This document shows, piece after piece, positions 58,792 to 64,000 of a stretch of 64,000 nt of DNA. Numbering within the stretch: position 1 is the first letter of the stretch; each line of letters starts with the position of its first letter. Below the pieces are notes generated by a model that searched no databases, was not told the DNA's origin, and saw only the letters and a program-made list of their open reading frames with translations. Position numbers and translations under genes: made by a program. Origin of the DNA: Saccostrea echinata (Eukaryota). The DNA is taken from assembly GCF_033153115.1 (NCBI RefSeq), contig NW_026889803.1, positions 53,754,001 to 53,818,000 of the forward strand, in the 5' to 3' direction.

Positions 58792-61700
58792 TCATGAGCT
58801 TGCTTGAACCGGAAATGAATAAGCTCTGTTCATGGGAATAATGACATGCACATTTCCTGCATCATCGATGACAGGGGCACTGGGGCTTGGTCGTTCTCTA
58901 TAAATAGCACCGGCTTCTGAGGGGGATAGCGGCGGGACGTCATCGGGTTCTTCCAGCTTCTCTTTTTCGCTTATTTCCGCTTCCTTTGTTTTTGCGTCTA
59001 GTAAGGAATCTTGTGTTTCCTTAGGCTCATCCTTCTCTGTATAACGTTTACGATTTGATGGACAGCAACATAGTGTTTCTTTAAGATACTCTTTAAAGGT
59101 GATTTTTTGACTTCTTTTCTTGACGATTCCGTTGTCCAGCTTGACTTCAGCGTCCATGACAACCTCAGGGTACCCTGAAAGAAAGTTTGAAACCAAAACT
59201 TGAGACTTAGATTTATATATAATTGATTGATGACGTACTCAACCCTTATTATCAAGATTTTTTCCAGGTTTTAACACTAGAGTCTCATGCTAACTCTTAT
59301 ACGTGCTTTGTCTTAGAACATGAACTTGAATGTATTTAAAATTATTTCCTGCAAAATCAATTCAGATTATACATGTAATAAGAAGGGTTTACCTTCTCTA
59401 AATTTATTGCAGATTTCATACACAATGTCCTCCCTCTCCACCAGCCTGAGACATTTAAAGAGGTGACTGATGGCCTCCGAGTTCTCTCCCTTCCATTCCC
59501 GCCAATCCTGAAGGTACCCATTGATGGCATACTTGTGGTCTTTGTCTGAATAATGTTCAATATATTTCATAAAAATAAATGTGCATGATAAATTACGAAT
59601 AATAGAATGATATGACAACATAAAGGCAAGAAACAGTAAGTTTTGTCAACTTTACCTTTGTATTTTTCAACAATGACCTCGTACATTGCGGGCTGCATGT
59701 GTTCCCTAAATAACTCTTGAGGGAGCTTCCAGATCTGACGGTCTATTCGATCTTCGATCTCGCGGAAGGAGGCGGCAATAACTGAAAGAATTTAAAAAAT
59801 CAAGTTCAAAACACTGATTTATTTTGGTTCGTTTGTTTGTTTTTTTTTCATCAATCAGTGATCCAAGTTACATGTGTACCTTTTCTACTGTACGACTCGT
59901 CACCCTCTGACCGGGTTACTATTCTTTCCAAAAGGCTTTCTATCTGGTCCTTGGAAAGTGCGTCGTCCTTCGACTGCGCACGACGTCGTTTCCAAAGCAA
60001 GAACATAACAAGGAAGAAGATCAAGACAAGGAAAATGATGGCACCGACTGCTGCACCTGCGTATAAGGGAGCTGATGCTGACGACTGTAGCGCCCTCTGT
60101 GAACCAGTCGCAGGTCCTGGGTTTGTGCAATTAGATATATCTGCAACATTGAACAGGTGAGATGCAAATAGGATCACATTAATGGAGTAAAGAAGAATGT
60201 AGAAGGAGTCAGTTTTAGTATATTATAAAGATTTTATGTATCTAACCTTTTGTTGGTTGATCACATTCATTATTGAAAGTCCCGTTACTTCTCCGTTTAG
60301 TACAACGATTCTCCTTCTCACAGCTGAAATACAAAACAAGGATTGATCTTGTAGACCTTTCTGGGTATTATTATCAATGGTGACATTTACAAAAGATTCT
60401 ACCGTAATTTTAAAAGGTTACTTACTTTCGAAGCACTTGACATCTTTGAACCTTATCGGCCTTGTCTGAGTACATATTGCGTTTGTGACAATCTTCACAT
60501 TGTCCTTAAATTTTCAAGAAAAAATTAAAATAAAATCCAAGATTAAGTGAAATCAAAACTAAAGTCTTCCAAATTTAAACATTTTTAGGAAACTGTAAGA
60601 TAAGAAAATTGTATATACCATAATCTGTTTGCCCCCAGCCAACTGGACACACGCTGTTTGGGACACAATGTGTGTGGTCTGTATTCAGGAAGTGATATCC
60701 CGGTGCACATCGACATTTCGCGTCCCGGAGTGCACTTCCCTGATCAGCATACTGCATGTTTGGTCGGTCACATGTGGTCCTGTAGACATGGAATGAAAAT
60801 AAAATGCTTTCATCACCAAGTTCACAGAAACATTGGTAAAATCTCAACCCAAGAGGCTGGTTGTATTCCGAGATGAAAAAACAAACAGATCTAAAACGAT
60901 CTGATTATCACTATCAACTTCCTAGAATTAAAAAAAAAAACATACTTCGCTTTACATTTGTCCAGTGGTCCATTTCTGTCTGGCTGATAGGACTTGGAGT
61001 CGCACTGGACACAGCGGGCACCTCTATCCTGAGGACAGGTCTCATAGTAGTGACCTATAACAGAAGAAAGATTCTGTAATCTGTTGGTAAAATCAACTGG
61101 TGTCATAATAATTCCGGATTTATCTATTGGTTTAACTTGTATATTTTACTTATTGCAAAAGTGATGGGAGAATTTTTTTTATTTACATATTTGCTTTGTA
61201 AGCTTAATGGATTCCTTTCTATAATATAATTATATAGGTCCCATAACCAATGCGAGTTAGTAAATTCGAGTTCCTTTAAATATTTTTTTCTATTGTAAGA
61301 AAGAGTATTTTAACATGCATGTTTTTGATATTCTTTTGCATTATCTATTAGTTTTATGTATGAACAAGTTTTAGTAAGGGGTAACTTAAAAAAATTCCTG
61401 CAAAGCAGTAGTCATATAAGTGATTAATCATACAGACATATTTTAAATTATTTTTTTTTCACCGAAAAGATCACTTGGTGCGGATTAACAATTGAACTTT
61501 CGCTAAACTTTTATTTAAACTAAATACACGAATGTAAATAATTGAGGACAATGTTTTTTTTTATTTCCCCAGGTTTGGACACCCTTAAATCTAACACTCC
61601 ATTGTTAAAAACTTCAGGGCTTTTATTTTTGACCACAGAAAAACAACTAAGCCTAAGTCGATCTAATCTTGGGTGTTTACACGTCACTTCCTGTCCATTG

Positions 61701-63461
61701 TCTGAAAACTCTCCTAAACGGTCAAGAGCTTGAGCATGGGTGGGCGGGGTCAGCCTACATGTGTATCTTGGTCACTGTCTAGATTTTTTTCTTTATTTTT
61801 CGATCTTTTTTTTTTGATTTCCAGGATACAGAGTTCAGAGGATACAGGATACAGAGATAAAACAAGATGTTGAGACAGATTTGTTAGTTTTACTGAAACT
61901 CTCCTTTTTTATTGTCGATATAATGCATTCATAGTCTTTTTTATGAGAATCGGAAAGTGGTTTTGATATATTTCTGCTTTTGAATTGAGAAATATTCATT
62001 TATAATGCAAATATTGCCTTCCTCGTTTAGGGATAACTTTATGAAGCTGGTTTTAATTCATGAGGGGATATTGTGAAATGTTGAAATGTTTTTTGTTCAG
62101 GTATACAAATTATTCCTCGTTCATACAACACCGGATTTCATCTGAAGCCGACTTGTACACGTTCATTTGATGTTTTCCTCACCAACTAAAGTCTTAATAA
62201 TTTATATCTTTCATTATAAAATATCTTAGTTACATGTTGTAAAGTGCTTATACATCAAAAGCACTAGACTATTGAAGGAGAGGGGTGCGGAATCGTGGTG
62301 CACTCTCGGCTTAGCAAGACTTTTATCAAAAGGATCCTCAAAAGTTCTAAAAATAATGCATAAATATAATTGCTACGAAATAAAACAACTTGAACAACAG
62401 TGCATTTTAATAGGACTCGATCAGATTCTGGAATGTATACCAGAACAGTTTCTTACACTCTGTATCCTGGAAATCAAATTTACAGATGGACTCATTACAA
62501 TGATCACTTAACAAACTCGGCCATCTTTCATTAAATAAAATGTTGATTAACAAATGCAGAAAGCGCTCAATTCTCTGCTTTAGTACATTGAATCCCCAAT
62601 GATACTAATTAACTTAATAATCCGGTTTATTGCAAATTTCTATACAACAAAATTGATAGAAATGCATGCTACAGCGCCCCTTCCTGTATCAATTAAACAT
62701 GTTTCAATTAATATTCTCCAATGTCAAAAGTAATTCATCGGAGAAACTATCAATGACGGCCGCCTCTTGAGATCGTCTGTAGGAGAAGTTTAATTGCCGT
62801 GATCATTGCATTCCGCTTCTTGGACTCAGGAAAAATAGATATTGGAAATTAACTCCGGTCGTTCATTACGGAATAATGAAACTGACATTGCAAGAGAAAC
62901 AAACAGGGCCTTGCTATTGATTTTCCCGGTTTACATCGCCCGGTGATATATCTGTCTTTTCCAGCTCTTAGAAGTCATTTCCAAGATTAAGCCTTCCGCT
63001 TTCTGCGGAGACAGATTTGTTAGTTTTACTGAAACTCTCCTTTTTTATTGTCGATATAATGCATACAGAGTCTTTTTTATGAGAATCGGAAAGTGGTTTT
63101 GATATATTTCTGCTTTTGAATTGAGAAATATTCATTTATAATGCAAATATTGCCTTCCTCGTTTAGGGATAACTTTATGAAGCTGGTTTTAATTCATGAG
63201 CCGTTATAAAGGGGATTTTGTGAAATGTTGAAATGAATAATTAAATTAGTTTTCCATCGATTTTTCATATTCAAAGTGAATTCTATGGTTGATTTCATGC
63301 TGTTAATTACCTTTCACTAAATAATGAATGTATACTTTTAATTAATTCCAGGAATCAGATTTTTCGATAATAATCAAAAAAATATATAAGAACTTACCTG
63401 ACGGGCAATACGTGGTGCTCTTAGAACATTTTGACGAGGTCTGTCCAGTGTTTGTCCCAAA
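58792..63461 (-). CDS. TNF receptor superfamily member (Cys-rich ectodomain, single TM, death-domain-like region); 5' end outside the window
   Basis: Exons 63461-63398, 61054-60946, 60779-60619, 60504-60426, 60323-60247, 60140-59880, 59781-59656, 59545-59393, 59174-58792; 1413 nt in frame. TNFR-like Cys repeats (CPSGHYYETC...CVQCDSKSYQ...C; RDAKCRCAPGYHF...CVPNSVCPVGWG), TM LYAGAAVGAIIFLVLIFFLVMFLLW followed by KRRR, death-domain pattern YLQDWREWKG...LFKCLRLVEREDIVYEI. No start or signal-peptide exon found in the window. Confidence 0.85.
61872..63235. repeat. ~215-bp direct repeat pair (61872-62088 and 63008-63235) in a TNFR intron
   Basis: GAGACAGATTTGTTAGTTTTACTGAAACTC...GTGAAATGTTGAAATG occurs twice, nearly identical apart from one ~11-bp indel. 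Confidence 0.9.
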
Positions 63462-64000
63462 CTGAAAGAAAAAGAAATGTTTGATCGTCTGTCAAAAATT
63501 ATTTTTAAAGAATTTAAGCTTAATATATTCAGAACACCCACCATCTTGACTGTTCAATCTTAAAACAGAATTTTTGGAATTTTAGCACGTGGACCAACGA
63601 ATTTGTTTAAACTTGAACAATTTTTCAACAAAACGCTGCCTTTTTTTATCTTACTTATCGGCTTAGACCTTTGTGGTTTTGTTAAAATACAGCGATGCTT
63701 TCTGTTGGCAAGACTAATGAGTCAGATCATAAAGACGGAGCCCAGGATTTTTCTCTAATTGTTACTATTTTTTTTCCAAAATATTTTGTAGTTTTTCATT
63801 CGAACAAGCGAATAAGATTTATTTTATAAACATTCTCAAGAGAAAGCATAACTGAAATAATGAGATATTCTTTTTCGTCTGTTTATTTTCGGTTGAAACT
63901 AATTTACAAATAGATAAAAAGTTTAAAGGTTTTTTTTCCCAATGAAAAATCAATACTGTTTCTTAAATGTTTTGAATAATAGTTTTATCAATAAATCTAA

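Overview
AT-rich, intron-rich animal genomic DNA, most likely a bivalve mollusc (oyster-like, inferred from Helentron-type elements carrying ~166-bp satellite monomers). The six-frame ORF track mostly shows single exons or noise, so genes were spliced by hand using GT/AG sites and frame continuity. Five protein-coding genes result: FBXO21 (+, 12 exons), tektin-1 (-, 6 coding exons), JMJD7 (-, 8 exons), a PLP-dependent aromatic amino acid decarboxylase-family gene (-, 14 exons, end of exon 1 in an N gap) and a 5'-truncated TNF-receptor-superfamily gene with a death-domain-like region (-, 9 exons visible). There is also a tRNA-His(GTG) gene, many non-autonomous DNA transposons, a SINE, Penelope-like fragments and three assembly gaps. 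The most notable observation is the decarboxylase. It keeps the PLP machinery ([13 protein letters not shown], loop Tyr) but has Asn at the position of DDC His192, the switch known from insect aldehyde synthases (DHPAAS), plus a remodelled substrate pocket. It is therefore a candidate molluscan aldehyde synthase or an enzyme with a new substrate. Family assignments and residue numbering come from recalled sequences, not from database searches.
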